Positions 28,926-40,432 of a stretch of DNA of 64,000 nucleotides are shown here, piece after piece. The notes beneath the pieces were generated by a model that was given only the letters and a program-made list of their open reading frames with translations, was not told the DNA's origin and did no database searches. Every line of letters begins with the position of its first letter. Position 1 is the first letter of the stretch. A program made the translations under genes and the position numbers. The stretch lies in the sequence record NC_106513.1; one strand, written 5' to 3'. Origin of the DNA: Escherichia phage vB_EcoS_ESCO30.

Positions 28926-29540
28926 ATGAGATTACCAGACCCATACACGAATCCAGAACTTTCAGGATTAGGATTCGAAAGTGTTAACCTGATTGATAAT
29001 GACCCAGTAATTCGTGATGAGTTACCAAATGGTAAAGTTAACGAAGTTAAGGTATCTGCTCAATACTGGGGTATAAATATTTCTTATCCAGAATTATTTC
29101 CAGATGAATATAGTGTTTTAGATGCTTTTATTCTAGAATATAAAAGGACTGGTAGTTATATAGATGTTATATTACCCCAATACGAAGCTTTTAGAGTTAG
29201 AGGTAATACTAGTCTAGTAAATATACCTGCTGGACAGAAGGGTTCTAATATAACTATGGATACAAAAGGACTTCTCACAGGTATTCCAAAACCAGGGGAT
29301 CTATTTAAGCTATCTAACCATCCAAAAGTATATAAAATAACATCATTCAATAAATCAGGCAATACGTGGTCTATAAACTTATACCCTGATTTATTTATAA
29401 CTACTACTGGGGCTGAGAAACCAGTGTTTAACGGAATACTATTTAGAACAAAACTCATGAATGGTGATGCTTTCGGATCTACATTAAATAATAACGGAAC
29501 ATATTCCGGCATCTCATTAAATTTACGGGAAAGTTTATGA
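28926..29540 (+). CDS. Distal tail protein (Dit-like, 204 aa)
   Basis: Position directly after tape measure gene; AGAGGAG SD. Confidence 0.6.
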   Translation: MRLPDPYTNPELSGLGFESVNLIDNDPVIRDELPNGKVNEVKVSAQYWGINISYPELFPDEYSVLDAFILEYKRTGSYIDVILPQYEAFRVRGNTSLVNIPAGQKGSNITMDTKGLLTGIPKPGDLFKLSNHPKVYKITSFNKSGNTWSINLYPDLFITTTGAEKPVFNGILFRTKLMNGDAFGSTLNNNGTYSGISLNLRESL

Positions 29541-32386
29541 AGAAAATACTAGATAGTGCTAGAAACTACTTAAAAAATAATAGCAGAATAAAAACTGCTA
29601 GTCTAATTTCCCTAGAATTACCTGGCTCTACTGGTACTAATACTGCTTTTATTTATTTAACGGATTATTTTAGAGATGTACTATATAATGGTATTTTGTA
29701 CCAGGCCGGTAAAGTTAAGTCTATTAGCACACATAAACAAAATAGAGATTTATCTATTGGTAGTCTATCTTTTACTATTACTGGTACAGCGCAGGATGAA
29801 GTACTAAAATTAGTGCAGAATGGTGTGTCCTTTTTAGATAGAATAGTATCAATCCACCAAGCAATTATTACAGAGGATGGTTCTATTTTACCTGTAGACC
29901 CAGACACAAATGGCCCTTTATTATATTTTAGAGGGAGAATTACCGGTGGGGGTATTAAGGACAACATTAGTACTTCTGGGGTTGGAACTTCCACAATTAC
30001 TTGGAATTGTTCTAACCAATTCTATGATTTTGATAGGGTTAATGGTAGATTTACTGATGATGCTTCTCATAGGGGGCTTGAGGTTGTAGCAGGACAATTA
30101 GTTCCATCTAACGGGGCTAAAAGACTTGAGTACCAAGAAGATTATGGGTTCTTTCACGCTAATAAAAGTATCTCTATTCTAGCAAAGTATCAGGTACAGG
30201 AAGAAAGATACAAGCTAAAGTCTAAGAAAAAGCTATTTGGACTATCTAGAAGTTATAGTCTTAAAAAGTATTATGAGACTGTTACTAAAGAAGTAGATAT
30301 AGATTTTAACCTTGCTGCTAAGTATATACCAGTAGTTTATGGTGTACAGAAAATACCGGGAATACCTATTTTTGCGGATACGGAATTACACAATCCTAAT
30401 ATAGTTTACGTAGTATATGCTTTTGCTGAAGGAGAGATAGACGGTTTTCTTGACTTTTCCTTTGGTGATAACCCTATGATTTGTATGGACTCTAATGATA
30501 GCTCTGCTAGAACCTGTTTCGGTGTTAAAAAAGTAGCAGGAGACACCATGCAAAGAATAGCATCAGGAATATCTTCTAGTAGTCCTTCTGTGCATGGCCA
30601 GGAATATAAATATAACGATGGTAATGGTGATATAAGGATTTGGACTTATCATGGAAAAGCTGATCAAACGGCTTCTGAAGTATTAGTAAATATAGCGAAG
30701 GAACGTGGGTTCTATCTCCAAAATATGAATGGCAATGGCCCTGAATACTGGGATGCTAGATATAAGCTACTAGATACTGCTTATGCCGTAGTACGTTTTA
30801 CTATTAATGAAAATAGAACTGAGATTCCAGAAGTTAGTGCTGAAATTCAAGGTAAAAAAGTAAAAGTCTATCATTCTGATGGTAGAGTAACTGCTAATAG
30901 TACTAGTTTAAATGGTATTTGGCAAACACTTGATTACTTAACCTCTGATAGATATGGCGCTAATATTACCATTGATCAGTTCCCTCTTCAGCAACTAATA
31001 CAGGAAGCAGCTATTTTAGATATTATAGATGAATCCTATCAGGTATCTTGGCAGCCATATTGGAGATACGTTGGGTGGACTGATCCACTAGCAGAAAATA
31101 GACAAATAGTACAAATGAATACTATTCTGGATACATCTGAATCAGTATTTAAAAATGTGCAAGGTTTGTTAGAGTCCTATGGTGGGGCTATTAACAATTT
31201 ATCTGGCCAGTATAGGGTTACTGTAGAAAAATACTCTAATACTCCATTAGAGATTAATTTTCTAGATACTTACGGTGATTTGGAGCTATCAGATACTACT
31301 GGTAGAAATAAATTTAACTCAGTTCAAGCATCTATCGTAGATCCCGCCCTTAGCTGGAAAACTAATTCCATTACATTCTATAACTCCAGGTATAAGGAAC
31401 AGGATAAGAACCTAGATAAAAAATTACAACTATCTTTTGCTAATATTACTAATTACTATACTGCAAGAAGTTTTGCTGATAGGGAACTTAAGAAATCCAG
31501 ATACTCAAGAACACTTTCTTTCTCATTGCCATATCAATTCATTGGTATTGAGCCTAATGACGCTATTGCATTTACATACGACCGTTATGGGTGGGATAAG
31601 AAGTACTTCCTAGTAGACGAAGTGGAAAACTCCAGGGAAGGAAAGATAAATGTTACCCTACAGGAGTATGGAGAAGATGTATTCATCAACTCCGAGCAGG
31701 TTGATAATAGTGGTAATGATATTCCTGATATTAGTAATAATGTCCTTCCTCCTAGAGACTTTAAATATACCCCTACTCCTGGCGGTTTAGTAGGCTCTAT
31801 AGGTAAAAATGGTGAGTTATCCTGGCTTCCGAGTCTAACCAATAATGTAGTTTATTACTCTATTGTGCACTCAGGCCATGCCGAACCTTACATAGTACAA
31901 CAGTTAGAGACCAATCCTAACGAACGTATGATCCAAGAAATAATTGGAGAACCAGCAGGTCTGGCTATATTTGAGATAAGGGCAGTAGATATTAATGGTA
32001 GAAGAAGTTCTCCAGTGACTCTGTCCATAGAACTTAACTCCGCTAAAAACCTTAGTGTAGTATCTAATTTTAGAGTAACTAATACTGCTTCTGGAGATGT
32101 AACTGAGTTTGTTGGCCCAGATGTGAAACTAGCCTGGGATAAGATACCTGAGGAAGAAATAATTCCAGAAATTTATTATACCCTAGAAATACATGATTCT
32201 CAGGATAGAATGCTTCGTAGTATTAGGATAGAGGATGCCTATACTTATGACTATCTATTAACATATAATAAGGCGGATTTTGCTTTGCTGAACTCAGGTG
32301 CTCTAGGTATCAATCGTAAATTACGATTTAGAATACGGGCTGAAGGAGAAAGCGGAGAACAATCTGTTAGTTGGGCCACTATTTAA
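29537..32386 (+). CDS. Baseplate hub / tail-associated protein (pb3-like, 949 aa)
   Basis: Size and position; start overlaps upstream stop (ATGA). Confidence 0.7.
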   Translation: MKKILDSARNYLKNNSRIKTASLISLELPGSTGTNTAFIYLTDYFRDVLYNGILYQAGKVKSISTHKQNRDLSIGSLSFTITGTAQDEVLKLVQNGVSFLDRIVSIHQAIITEDGSILPVDPDTNGPLLYFRGRITGGGIKDNISTSGVGTSTITWNCSNQFYDFDRVNGRFTDDASHRGLEVVAGQLVPSNGAKRLEYQEDYGFFHANKSISILAKYQVQEERYKLKSKKKLFGLSRSYSLKKYYETVTKEVDIDFNLAAKYIPVVYGVQKIPGIPIFADTELHNPNIVYVVYAFAEGEIDGFLDFSFGDNPMICMDSNDSSARTCFGVKKVAGDTMQRIASGISSSSPSVHGQEYKYNDGNGDIRIWTYHGKADQTASEVLVNIAKERGFYLQNMNGNGPEYWDARYKLLDTAYAVVRFTINENRTEIPEVSAEIQGKKVKVYHSDGRVTANSTSLNGIWQTLDYLTSDRYGANITIDQFPLQQLIQEAAILDIIDESYQVSWQPYWRYVGWTDPLAENRQIVQMNTILDTSESVFKNVQGLLESYGGAINNLSGQYRVTVEKYSNTPLEINFLDTYGDLELSDTTGRNKFNSVQASIVDPALSWKTNSITFYNSRYKEQDKNLDKKLQLSFANITNYYTARSFADRELKKSRYSRTLSFSLPYQFIGIEPNDAIAFTYDRYGWDKKYFLVDEVENSREGKINVTLQEYGEDVFINSEQVDNSGNDIPDISNNVLPPRDFKYTPTPGGLVGSIGKNGELSWLPSLTNNVVYYSIVHSGHAEPYIVQQLETNPNERMIQEIIGEPAGLAIFEIRAVDINGRRSSPVTLSIELNSAKNLSVVSNFRVTNTASGDVTEFVGPDVKLAWDKIPEEEIIPEIYYTLEIHDSQDRMLRSIRIEDAYTYDYLLTYNKADFALLNSGALGINRKLRFRIRAEGESGEQSVSWATI

Positions 32387-34489
32387 ATGATTTCAAATAA
32401 TGCACCAGCTAAAATGGTTCTAAATAGCGTCTTAACTGGATATACGTTGGCGTATATCCAGCATTCTATTTACTCAGATTATGACGTTATAGGCAGATCT
32501 TTTTGGCTAAAAGAAGGTAGTAACATTACTCGTAGAGACTTCACGGGTGTGGATACTTTCTCTGTAACTATTAATAATCTAAAACCTACAACAACTTATG
32601 AAGTTCAGGGTGCATTTTATGATTCCATAATAGACTCTGAACTTCTTAATGCACAGATAGGTATTAATCTATCTGATAAACAAACTTTTAAAATGAAATC
32701 AGCACCTAGAATCACGGGTGCTCGATGCGAGTCAGAACCAGTAGATGTTGGTGTTGGAGCACCAATAGTTTATATAGACACTACAGGGGAGGCCGATTAT
32801 TGTACTATCGAGTTAAAAAATAATTCTAATGCTAATAACCCGTGGGTTAAATATTACGTTGGTGCGCTAATGCCAACTATTATGTTTGGCGGTGTACCAA
32901 TTGGATCCTATAAGGTAAGAATTTCTGGTCAAATAAGCCTACCAGACGGTGTTACTATTGATTCGTCTGGGTACTATGAGTATCCTACTGTTTTTGAAGT
33001 TAATTATAATTTTGTTCCTCCTACCGCACCTACTAATATTGAATTTAAAGCAGCGCGTATTGCAGATGGTAAAGAACGCTATGATTTGCGTGTTCAGTGG
33101 GATTGGAATAGGGGTGCAGGTGCTAATGTTCGTGAGTTTGTTCTATCCTATATAGATTCAGCAGAATTTGCTAGAACTGGATGGACTAAGGCACAAAAAA
33201 TTAACGTGGGTGCTGCTCAATCAGCAACAATTATATCATTCCCATGGAAAGTAGAGCATAAATTTAAAGTGTCATCTATTGCCTGGGGACCCGGTGCTCA
33301 AGATGTTACTGATTCCGCAGTACAGACATTTATATTAAATGAGAGCACACCGTTAGATAATAGTTTTGTTAATGAAACTGGTATAGAAGTAAATTACGCG
33401 TACATTAAGGGTAAGATCAAAGACGGCTCTACTTGGAAACAAACTTTCCTGATAGATGCTGCTACTGGTGCAATTAACATTGGACTTCTAGATGCCGAAG
33501 GAAAAGCACCAATATCTTTTGACCCTATTAAAAAGATAGTTAACGTTGATGGAAGTGTAATAACTAAAACCATTAATGCTGCGAACTTTGTCATGACTAA
33601 TTTGACTGGTCAAGACAACCCTGCAATCTATACTCAAGGTAAGACTTGGGGAGATACAAGGTCTGGTATCTGGATGGGCATGGATAATACTACTGCCAAA
33701 CCAAAGCTAGATATCGGTAATGCTACACAATATATCCGCTACGATGGTGATACTCTAAGAATTTCTAGTGGGGTTGTGATTGGTACACCTAATGGCGACA
33801 TTGATATAGCAACAGGTATACAGGGTAAGCAAACAGTATTTATTTATATTCTAGATACTTCATTACCTGCTAAACCAACAAGCCCTGCATACCCACCTTC
33901 TGGTTGGTCTAAAACTCCACCGAATAGAACATCTAATACTCAGAATATTTACTGTTCTACTGGTACTCTGGACCCTGTTACTAATCAATTAGTATCGGGA
34001 ACTAGTTGGTCAGACGTAGTTCAGTGGAGTGGTACAGAAGGTGTTGATGGTAGGCCTGGAGCAGACGGTAAACCAGGTGCCGATGGCAGGCCAGGAGATA
34101 CAGGACAACGTGGTCCTGGAATGTATTCTCTTGCTATCGCTAATTTAACAGCATGGAATGATTCACAAGCTAATTCATTCTTTACATCTAACTTTGGTAC
34201 TGGCCCTGTTAAATATGATGTATTAACCGAGTATAAAAGTGGGGCACCAGGAACAGCGTTTACTAGGCAGTGGAATGGTTCAGCATGGGCTAGCCCTGCA
34301 ATGGTTTTACATGGTGACATGATAGTTAATGGTACAGTAACTGCTAGTAAAATTGTTGCTAATAACGCTTTCTTATCACAAATTGGTGTAAATATTATAT
34401 ATGATCGTGCAGCAGCACTATCCTCTAATCCAGAGGGATCTTACAAAATGAAGATAGACCTGCAAAACGGGTATATCCATATAAGGTAA
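32387..34489 (+). CDS. Tail tip protein (pb4-like, 700 aa) with a collagen-like G-X-Y stretch
   Basis: [27 protein letters not shown] at about 34041-34120; position. Confidence 0.6.
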   Translation: MISNNAPAKMVLNSVLTGYTLAYIQHSIYSDYDVIGRSFWLKEGSNITRRDFTGVDTFSVTINNLKPTTTYEVQGAFYDSIIDSELLNAQIGINLSDKQTFKMKSAPRITGARCESEPVDVGVGAPIVYIDTTGEADYCTIELKNNSNANNPWVKYYVGALMPTIMFGGVPIGSYKVRISGQISLPDGVTIDSSGYYEYPTVFEVNYNFVPPTAPTNIEFKAARIADGKERYDLRVQWDWNRGAGANVREFVLSYIDSAEFARTGWTKAQKINVGAAQSATIISFPWKVEHKFKVSSIAWGPGAQDVTDSAVQTFILNESTPLDNSFVNETGIEVNYAYIKGKIKDGSTWKQTFLIDAATGAINIGLLDAEGKAPISFDPIKKIVNVDGSVITKTINAANFVMTNLTGQDNPAIYTQGKTWGDTRSGIWMGMDNTTAKPKLDIGNATQYIRYDGDTLRISSGVVIGTPNGDIDIATGIQGKQTVFIYILDTSLPAKPTSPAYPPSGWSKTPPNRTSNTQNIYCSTGTLDPVTNQLVSGTSWSDVVQWSGTEGVDGRPGADGKPGADGRPGDTGQRGPGMYSLAIANLTAWNDSQANSFFTSNFGTGPVKYDVLTEYKSGAPGTAFTRQWNGSAWASPAMVLHGDMIVNGTVTASKIVANNAFLSQIGVNIIYDRAAALSSNPEGSYKMKIDLQNGYIHIR

Positions 34490-34493
34490 AATA

Positions 34494-34916
34494 ATGAGTA
34501 CAGAAAATAGAGTTATTGATTTAGTAGTAGATGAGAACGTACCTTATGGTTTACTTATGCAATTTATGGATGTAGATGATAGTGTTTATCCTGCTACATC
34601 TAAGCCAGTAGATCTTACTGGCTTCTCTCTTAGAGGGAGTATTAAAAGTAGCTTAGAAGATGGAGCTGAAATTTTAGCATCCTTTACCACTTCTATTGTG
34701 GATGCTAGACAAGGTGTAGCGTCTATAAGTCTACCTGTTAATGCTGTAACTACTATTGCATCTAAAGCATCTAAAGAAAGAGATAGATATAACCCTAGAC
34801 AAAGGTTGGCTGGATACTATGATGTAATTATTACTAGAACAGCTGTTGGTAGCGCTACTAGTTCTTTCCGCATTATGGAAGGCAAGGTTTATATTAGTGA
34901 TGGGGTAACTCAATAA
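34494..34916 (+). CDS. Collar/fibre-attachment protein (140 aa)
   Basis: Size and position immediately upstream of the long tail fibre gene. Confidence 0.5.
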   Translation: MSTENRVIDLVVDENVPYGLLMQFMDVDDSVYPATSKPVDLTGFSLRGSIKSSLEDGAEILASFTTSIVDARQGVASISLPVNAVTTIASKASKERDRYNPRQRLAGYYDVIITRTAVGSATSSFRIMEGKVYISDGVTQ

Positions 34917-37900
34917 TGGCTATAACTAAAATAATTTTACAGCAAATGGTCACTATGGACCAGAATAGCATAACTGCAAGTAAGTATCCTAAATATACAG
35001 TTGTGCTTTCTAATTCCATTAGCTCTATTACGGCAGGAGAACTAACTACTGCTATAGAATCCTCTAAAGCTTCTGCTGCAGCAGCTAAACAATCAGAGAT
35101 TAATGCTAAACAGTCAGAGCTAAACGCTAAAGACTCTGAGAATGAAGCAGAAATTTCCGCAGCATCTTCCCAGCAATCTGCAACTCAGTCTGCATCTTCT
35201 GCTACTGCTTCTGCTAATAGCGCTAAAGCTGCTAAGACTTCTGAGACTAATGCAAAAGCTAGTGAGACGGCTGCAAAAACTTCAGAAACCAATGCAAAGG
35301 CTAGTGAAACAGCGGCTAAAACTTCTGAGACCAATGCTAATAGTAGCAAAACTGCTGCTGCTGCATCTGCTTCCGCAGCAAAAACCTCAGAAACTAATGC
35401 TGCTGCATCTGCTTCTGCCGCTAAAACCTCTGAAACTAACGCTAATAGTAGTAAAACTGCTGCTGCTAACAGTGCTAGTGCTGCTAAAGCATCAGAAACC
35501 AATGCTAAGACCTCAGAAACTAATGCGGCTGCTTCTGCTACTAAAGCTGAAAACGCAGCTTCCGGTATGCGTGATTCTATAGGTTTAGGTAATGCCCCCC
35601 GTAATTGTCCTGATATTTCTGGTAATCCTTCTGCGTATATTGGCTTTATGCGTATCATGAGTACTGCGGTAGGCTTTCCATCAATAGCCTCTGGAGAAAG
35701 TAGTCTTACAGGATTTATTAGTCAAGTGGATGGTAGTCCAGCGTACACTGGTGTTTTCCAAGGATGGGCGTCCCGCTCATTATATACATATCGTTGGGCA
35801 AGCAACATAGGCCCACAGTGGACACGTCATGCTCGTAAGAATGAGGTTGATAAGCTCGTCCAACTAAGTTCTGAGACCCACCTATTAAACCCGGGTGATA
35901 ATGCTAAAATAATTATTACTTCCAATAAACTCTGGGGAGCTTATGATATAGAGAATAGGACATACATACCTCTTGCAGTAGGACAGGGAGGTACCGGGGG
36001 TAGATCAGCTGCTGAAGCAAGAGCTAATCTACAGCTAAACCGCTTCCAACGTTCCAGTGATACAAGAACCATCGTTTGTTCAACAGATGTTCAGGCGGAT
36101 GGCTGTTATTTACAGGTTGATGCTAGTGGTCAGTGGGGCGCATTTAATCCTATAACTGGTAAATGGCAACCTCTCGCAATAGCTCAGGGTGGCACTGGTG
36201 CTCTTAATACTTCTGACGCACGTAGAAATCTGGAAGTAATGTATCGTAGATTTTCTACCTTAACAGACCAGAACTTGAATGATCTTACGGGTGAGTCTAC
36301 AGGTTTCTACTACCAGGGTCTATCTGCTAATGCAACTGCAGCCCGTAATTATCCTATTCAAGAAGCGGGAAACTTAATGGTACTACAAAATGGTGCTAAT
36401 GGGGTTGCTGGATGTTGTCAAATATACATTACCTTTAGTACTAATAGGATATACGAACGTAGTTATAACCCAGGTACCTCAACATGGTCTGCCTGGGGAT
36501 CTATCCTTAATAGTTATGATCCTAGCTACTGTAGACAGCTTATTGAGCTAGGTTCCCAGCATGCACCATTATTTGCTGGTCTAGCATTAACTGGATATAG
36601 TAATAGTACGGTAGCTGCTGGAGGTATTATTAATAGCTATCTAAGAGCTACAGATGGTACTCAAAGGGTACGTATGCGCTTATATCCAGAGAAACTTGCT
36701 GATGGGGTTGCGGCTGCAACGCTACAGGTTATGGGGGAAGATACTGGTCCATCTTATAAAACATTCCATTTTAAACACAATGGCCAATTATACGTACCAA
36801 ATGAAATAAATACGGAGACTATATCTGTTAGGGATCTTACTGTAACCCAACGAAATTTAGGTATACCTACTACTGGATTTATGGGTGATTACCAGACTAT
36901 CAATGCACCCGCAGGTGCTGTAGATGGAAAATACTACCCAGTTATATTCTATACTGGAGGTACCAGTGGTTATGGTATTACGCCTGTACCTATATTTGTG
37001 CGTACTCCTGGTAGATCTGCATCCCATGAGATGAACAATAATGTTTTCTCTGGATATGTAGCTTGTGGGGGTTGGAGTGATAGTCCCACTATGGCACACG
37101 GCATGTTTACAACATACGATCCTAATGAACTAGGGATCTTATGTATAAAGGGTAGTAACAAAGACTACTCTCAGCATATAGCAGTGTATGTACACTATAA
37201 GGCATTCCCTGTAAATATTATGACAGACCCTAAGGTTGTGATAACTGTTCCAACTGAGGATTATGTATTGGGTACTAACGGTGTTAAATTTAAGTTTGGG
37301 GTAACAGATGCGGGTGATGGGAACACAGAAGGTAATGTGAGTAATATTCTAAACTTTACTGGTGGTGGTTCTGGTTACTACTCTACCCATCCTTTCCGCC
37401 AGGGATTATCTAATAATTTTGCCCTAACTAATAACCTTAGTACTGGAGATGCTTTTTCTGCTACTGCACCTTCTTTTACTTTTAATGGTAGTGTTGTCGG
37501 TGCTAATAGTTATTCTGCTAGAGGTGATGCTGTAACAAAAAATACGTATATATCTCAACTGGTAAATAGTGCCGATAACATAGTAGGACAGAGTGAGTTT
37601 AGGGCAACCGAAGAAGCAGGACAAATTATTGTTAGGGATATGACTAGTTCTGCTAGTCATAAATTCTTTAATTTTAATAAGGATGGGACCTTTTCAGCTC
37701 CTTCCGGTATTTTATCCTCTACTGGTATAGACTGGAATACACAACATAATATTATCAATAAGTTTTATGGTATTGCTGGTCAAGTTAATAGTCCTGAAAA
37801 CAATGTTGTTTTTGGTGGTGTACATATAGGTTTTAGTGGTAACTTTGCTACTCAACTAGCCGGTAGGGGTAGTAGATATTACCTGAGAAGTATTGAATCT

Positions 37901-38845
37901 GGCACTATAGGTGCATGGAATCGTATAATTACGGATCAATATGCTGATTTTAAAGCACAAATTTTTGCTAACAAAAATGGCGAAGCTATAACCATTAAAT
38001 CGACAGTGAATGACAACTCGGAATCTGGATATATCGCTGGTAGAAATAATACCAATACCCGTTTATGGTACGTAGGAAAATCCGGTCCTCAAGAAACTGT
38101 GGTTATCCGTAATGAGATGAACGGAAACCAAATACTATTAAGGGATGGTGCTGGCGATATAAGCTTGGATACAAAGGGTGGGAATAAGGTCGTATACGCA
38201 AACGCGTCGAACTTTAGGCTTATTAATAGTAACGGAAAGTATACAAGATTAGTAACATCCGGAACTTCAACTCATGCAATTAGCCTGGATAACTGGGGTA
38301 CAACTACAAGACCAACTGTATTTGAATGTAAGTACGAAAATCCTTCTACTTCTGCTAACGTTGGTTGGATATTCTATGGTCAAGTAAATACCGATGGATC
38401 TAGAGTATTTCAAGTTAATGGTGCCGTTAACTGTGTAACTTTAAATCAAAGTTCCGACCGTGATCTTAAAGACAATATTAAACCAATCAAAGACGCAACA
38501 AATGCTTTGCGGAAAATGAATGGTTATACATATACACTTAAAGAAGACGGCTTACCTTATGCGGGTGTTATTGCTCAGGAAGTGATGGAGGCTCTACCTG
38601 AAGCTGTAAGTGGATTTACAAAATATACAGATCTTGAGGGACCTACTCTTACTGGAGAACAATTAGTTGGTGAAGAAAGATTCTACTCAGTAGACTATGG
38701 AGCAATTACCGGGTTATTAGTACAGGTAAGTAGGGAATCTGATAGTAGGATCACAGCTCTAGAATCAGAAGTATCTGATCTTAAAAAGCAAATTGCAGAC
38801 CTAACTCTAGTAGTTAACTCTTTGTTAGCAAATAGGGCACAGTAA
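34916..38845 (+). CDS. L-shaped tail fibre (pb1-like, 1309 aa) with C-terminal intramolecular chaperone (peptidase S74-like) domain
   Basis: C-terminal SDRDLKDNIKPI...GYTYTLKEDG...AGVIAQEV matches the auto-cleaving chaperone motif; N-terminal Ala/Ser/Thr tandem repeats. Confidence 0.8.
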   Translation: MAITKIILQQMVTMDQNSITASKYPKYTVVLSNSISSITAGELTTAIESSKASAAAAKQSEINAKQSELNAKDSENEAEISAASSQQSATQSASSATASANSAKAAKTSETNAKASETAAKTSETNAKASETAAKTSETNANSSKTAAAASASAAKTSETNAAASASAAKTSETNANSSKTAAANSASAAKASETNAKTSETNAAASATKAENAASGMRDSIGLGNAPRNCPDISGNPSAYIGFMRIMSTAVGFPSIASGESSLTGFISQVDGSPAYTGVFQGWASRSLYTYRWASNIGPQWTRHARKNEVDKLVQLSSETHLLNPGDNAKIIITSNKLWGAYDIENRTYIPLAVGQGGTGGRSAAEARANLQLNRFQRSSDTRTIVCSTDVQADGCYLQVDASGQWGAFNPITGKWQPLAIAQGGTGALNTSDARRNLEVMYRRFSTLTDQNLNDLTGESTGFYYQGLSANATAARNYPIQEAGNLMVLQNGANGVAGCCQIYITFSTNRIYERSYNPGTSTWSAWGSILNSYDPSYCRQLIELGSQHAPLFAGLALTGYSNSTVAAGGIINSYLRATDGTQRVRMRLYPEKLADGVAAATLQVMGEDTGPSYKTFHFKHNGQLYVPNEINTETISVRDLTVTQRNLGIPTTGFMGDYQTINAPAGAVDGKYYPVIFYTGGTSGYGITPVPIFVRTPGRSASHEMNNNVFSGYVACGGWSDSPTMAHGMFTTYDPNELGILCIKGSNKDYSQHIAVYVHYKAFPVNIMTDPKVVITVPTEDYVLGTNGVKFKFGVTDAGDGNTEGNVSNILNFTGGGSGYYSTHPFRQGLSNNFALTNNLSTGDAFSATAPSFTFNGSVVGANSYSARGDAVTKNTYISQLVNSADNIVGQSEFRATEEAGQIIVRDMTSSASHKFFNFNKDGTFSAPSGILSSTGIDWNTQHNIINKFYGIAGQVNSPENNVVFGGVHIGFSGNFATQLAGRGSRYYLRSIESGTIGAWNRIITDQYADFKAQIFANKNGEAITIKSTVNDNSESGYIAGRNNTNTRLWYVGKSGPQETVVIRNEMNGNQILLRDGAGDISLDTKGGNKVVYANASNFRLINSNGKYTRLVTSGTSTHAISLDNWGTTTRPTVFECKYENPSTSANVGWIFYGQVNTDGSRVFQVNGAVNCVTLNQSSDRDLKDNIKPIKDATNALRKMNGYTYTLKEDGLPYAGVIAQEVMEALPEAVSGFTKYTDLEGPTLTGEQLVGEERFYSVDYGAITGLLVQVSRESDSRITALESEVSDLKKQIADLTLVVNSLLANRAQ
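35185..35560 (+). repeat. In-frame low-complexity tandem repeats (KTSETNA/ASASAAK units) inside the tail fibre gene
   Basis: Repeated nucleotide units read directly; they generate spurious antisense ORFs. Confidence 0.75.
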
Positions 38846-38852
38846 AAAAGAA

Positions 38853-38885
38853 ACCCCAGTGGACAAAATCCACTGGGGTTTTTTC
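38853..38885. terminator. Bidirectional terminator CCCCAGTGGA...TCCACTGGGG flanked by A-run and T-run
   Basis: 10-bp stem between convergent late (+) and early (-) blocks. Confidence 0.75.
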
Positions 38886-38887
38886 TA

Positions 38888-39151
38888 TTATTCGCTTCTA
38901 CAACCTTCTATAATACCAAGATTATAAATAGTTAATAGTATTTTTAAATGCTCATTGTCGTTATTAGTACAAAGTTCCACAAAACCTTCAGGATCCCAGA
39001 AAATAACATTACCCTCTTTATCTGTTTTTAGTACAACCATTTCTGGTTCAGTAGTTTTAATCTGATAAGTTGACGCATTAGTATCAATACCTACCATATT
39101 AGGATCAACAAAATTACTTGCTTCCTGAGCTTCCAAATCCACCTTCTCCAC
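38888..39151 (-). CDS. Hypothetical small protein (up to 87 aa)
   Basis: ORF overlaps dUTPase start by about 38 nt; start uncertain. Confidence 0.3.
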   Translation of the reverse strand: MEKVDLEAQEASNFVDPNMVGIDTNASTYQIKTTEPEMVVLKTDKEGNVIFWDPEGFVELCTNNDNEHLKILLTIYNLGIIEGCRSE

Positions 39152-39560
39152 GAATAGTCTCCCCTAGTTCGTCAACGATTTCAAAATTATGAGTTGAGTA
39201 GTGTGGTACTACTACTAGCTGACAAAGTCTTTCAAAATTTTCCAGAGTTTGAATTTCAGAACCATAGTTATAAAGGTTCATCTTAATAGTTCCACGATAG
39301 TCTGAGTCAATCACTCCTGCGGTGTTTGCAATCATCAGATGACGCTTACCTAAGGAGCTACGAGGGACCACCAAACCGAACCAACCTCGCGGAATTTCTA
39401 CCGCGACACCGGTGTCAATCATAAGAGATTTGCCTGGTGCAATAGCACGTAAATCTGCAGCAGGATTAGTACCAAAGAATGCTCGCAGATCCATACCTGC
39501 TGCATCTTCGGAACCAATCTTAGGCATACAATCTGGATGGGTTAATTTAATTTTAATCAT
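39114..39560 (-). CDS. dut: dUTPase (148 aa)
   Basis: dUTPase motifs AGMDLRA and GVIDSDYRG, C-terminal RGEGGFGSSG. Confidence 0.85.
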   Translation of the reverse strand: MIKIKLTHPDCMPKIGSEDAAGMDLRAFFGTNPAADLRAIAPGKSLMIDTGVAVEIPRGWFGLVVPRSSLGKRHLMIANTAGVIDSDYRGTIKMNLYNYGSEIQTLENFERLCQLVVVPHYSTHNFEIVDELGETIRGEGGFGSSGSK

Positions 39561-40432
39561 TGTCCTGCAATCTCCAAAATATCTTTTGTAAATTTATCTA
39601 ATACATCTTGACCTACCGCAGCAATAGCATCCACACAGTAGGTAGGTAAATCAACCAGAATTAGGTTTCGATAAAGCAATTCTTCTGAAGCATTTAAATT
39701 CTGTATATATTTCTGTTTTCCAGGCAGTGGAAGCTGATCAATAATATCCAGAACGTTACCAAATTCACGAATAATGTTATATCCGCGCTTTGCCCCAATA
39801 CCTTCAACACCTCGGATATTATCTCCTAAATCACCCATAATTGCTTTCAGGGAGATGAACTGCTCTACATCGTCAACATTATGATGCTCATACATATCAC
39901 GAAGATGATATTCACGACGTGTTGTGAAAGAGAAGCGAGAAACTTTGTCAGTTAATAAAGTATCCCAGTCACCATCGGTAGAAATTAGCCAAACATGATC
40001 ATATAGATGCCCAATCAGCTTAACAATATAAGCTGCCATGTCGTCTGCTTCTACGCCCCGAATAGTGAAAGTTGGGAATGTAGTTTCACATAACTCGAAA
40101 GCATCTTTCAAATATTCGAAGAACTGCTCATCTAACGCTTTCTCCTCTTCCGTACGCTGCGAGTATTTCTCATCTCGGTTCCCTTTATACTCGGGGAGAT
40201 GCTCTAGGCGGAATGCGGACTTCCCTTTATCTCCTAAAACTATTGTAGTTCTAGCAGAATAAGATTTTGCTAGAGACTGAATAGTGGAAACATAACTTGA
40301 GGCAAATGGTTTTTTACTATTGTTATGCTTGAAGCGAAAGCCTAAGTTAGTTCCATCGACAATCATTAGGTTACGACGGGAAGCCATTTCAGCTTCCTCT
40401 TCTTCAATAAATTTTCCCCAGGATTTACTCAT
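39557..40432 (-). CDS. Flap endonuclease / 5'-3' exonuclease (291 aa)
   Basis: PIN-like N-terminal domain (LMIVDGTNLGFR) and H3TH region (GVEGIGAKRG); size matches my memory of T5 D15. Confidence 0.85.
   Translation of the reverse strand: MSKSWGKFIEEEEAEMASRRNLMIVDGTNLGFRFKHNNSKKPFASSYVSTIQSLAKSYSARTTIVLGDKGKSAFRLEHLPEYKGNRDEKYSQRTEEEKALDEQFFEYLKDAFELCETTFPTFTIRGVEADDMAAYIVKLIGHLYDHVWLISTDGDWDTLLTDKVSRFSFTTRREYHLRDMYEHHNVDDVEQFISLKAIMGDLGDNIRGVEGIGAKRGYNIIREFGNVLDIIDQLPLPGKQKYIQNLNASEELLYRNLILVDLPTYCVDAIAAVGQDVLDKFTKDILEIAGQ

Noticed and set aside
35142-35658. Overlapping ORFs 35142-35582 (+) and 35185-35658 (-) inside the tail fibre gene
   Set aside because: Artefacts of the low-complexity Ala/Ser/Thr-coding tandem repeats; the long in-frame fibre ORF explains the region.
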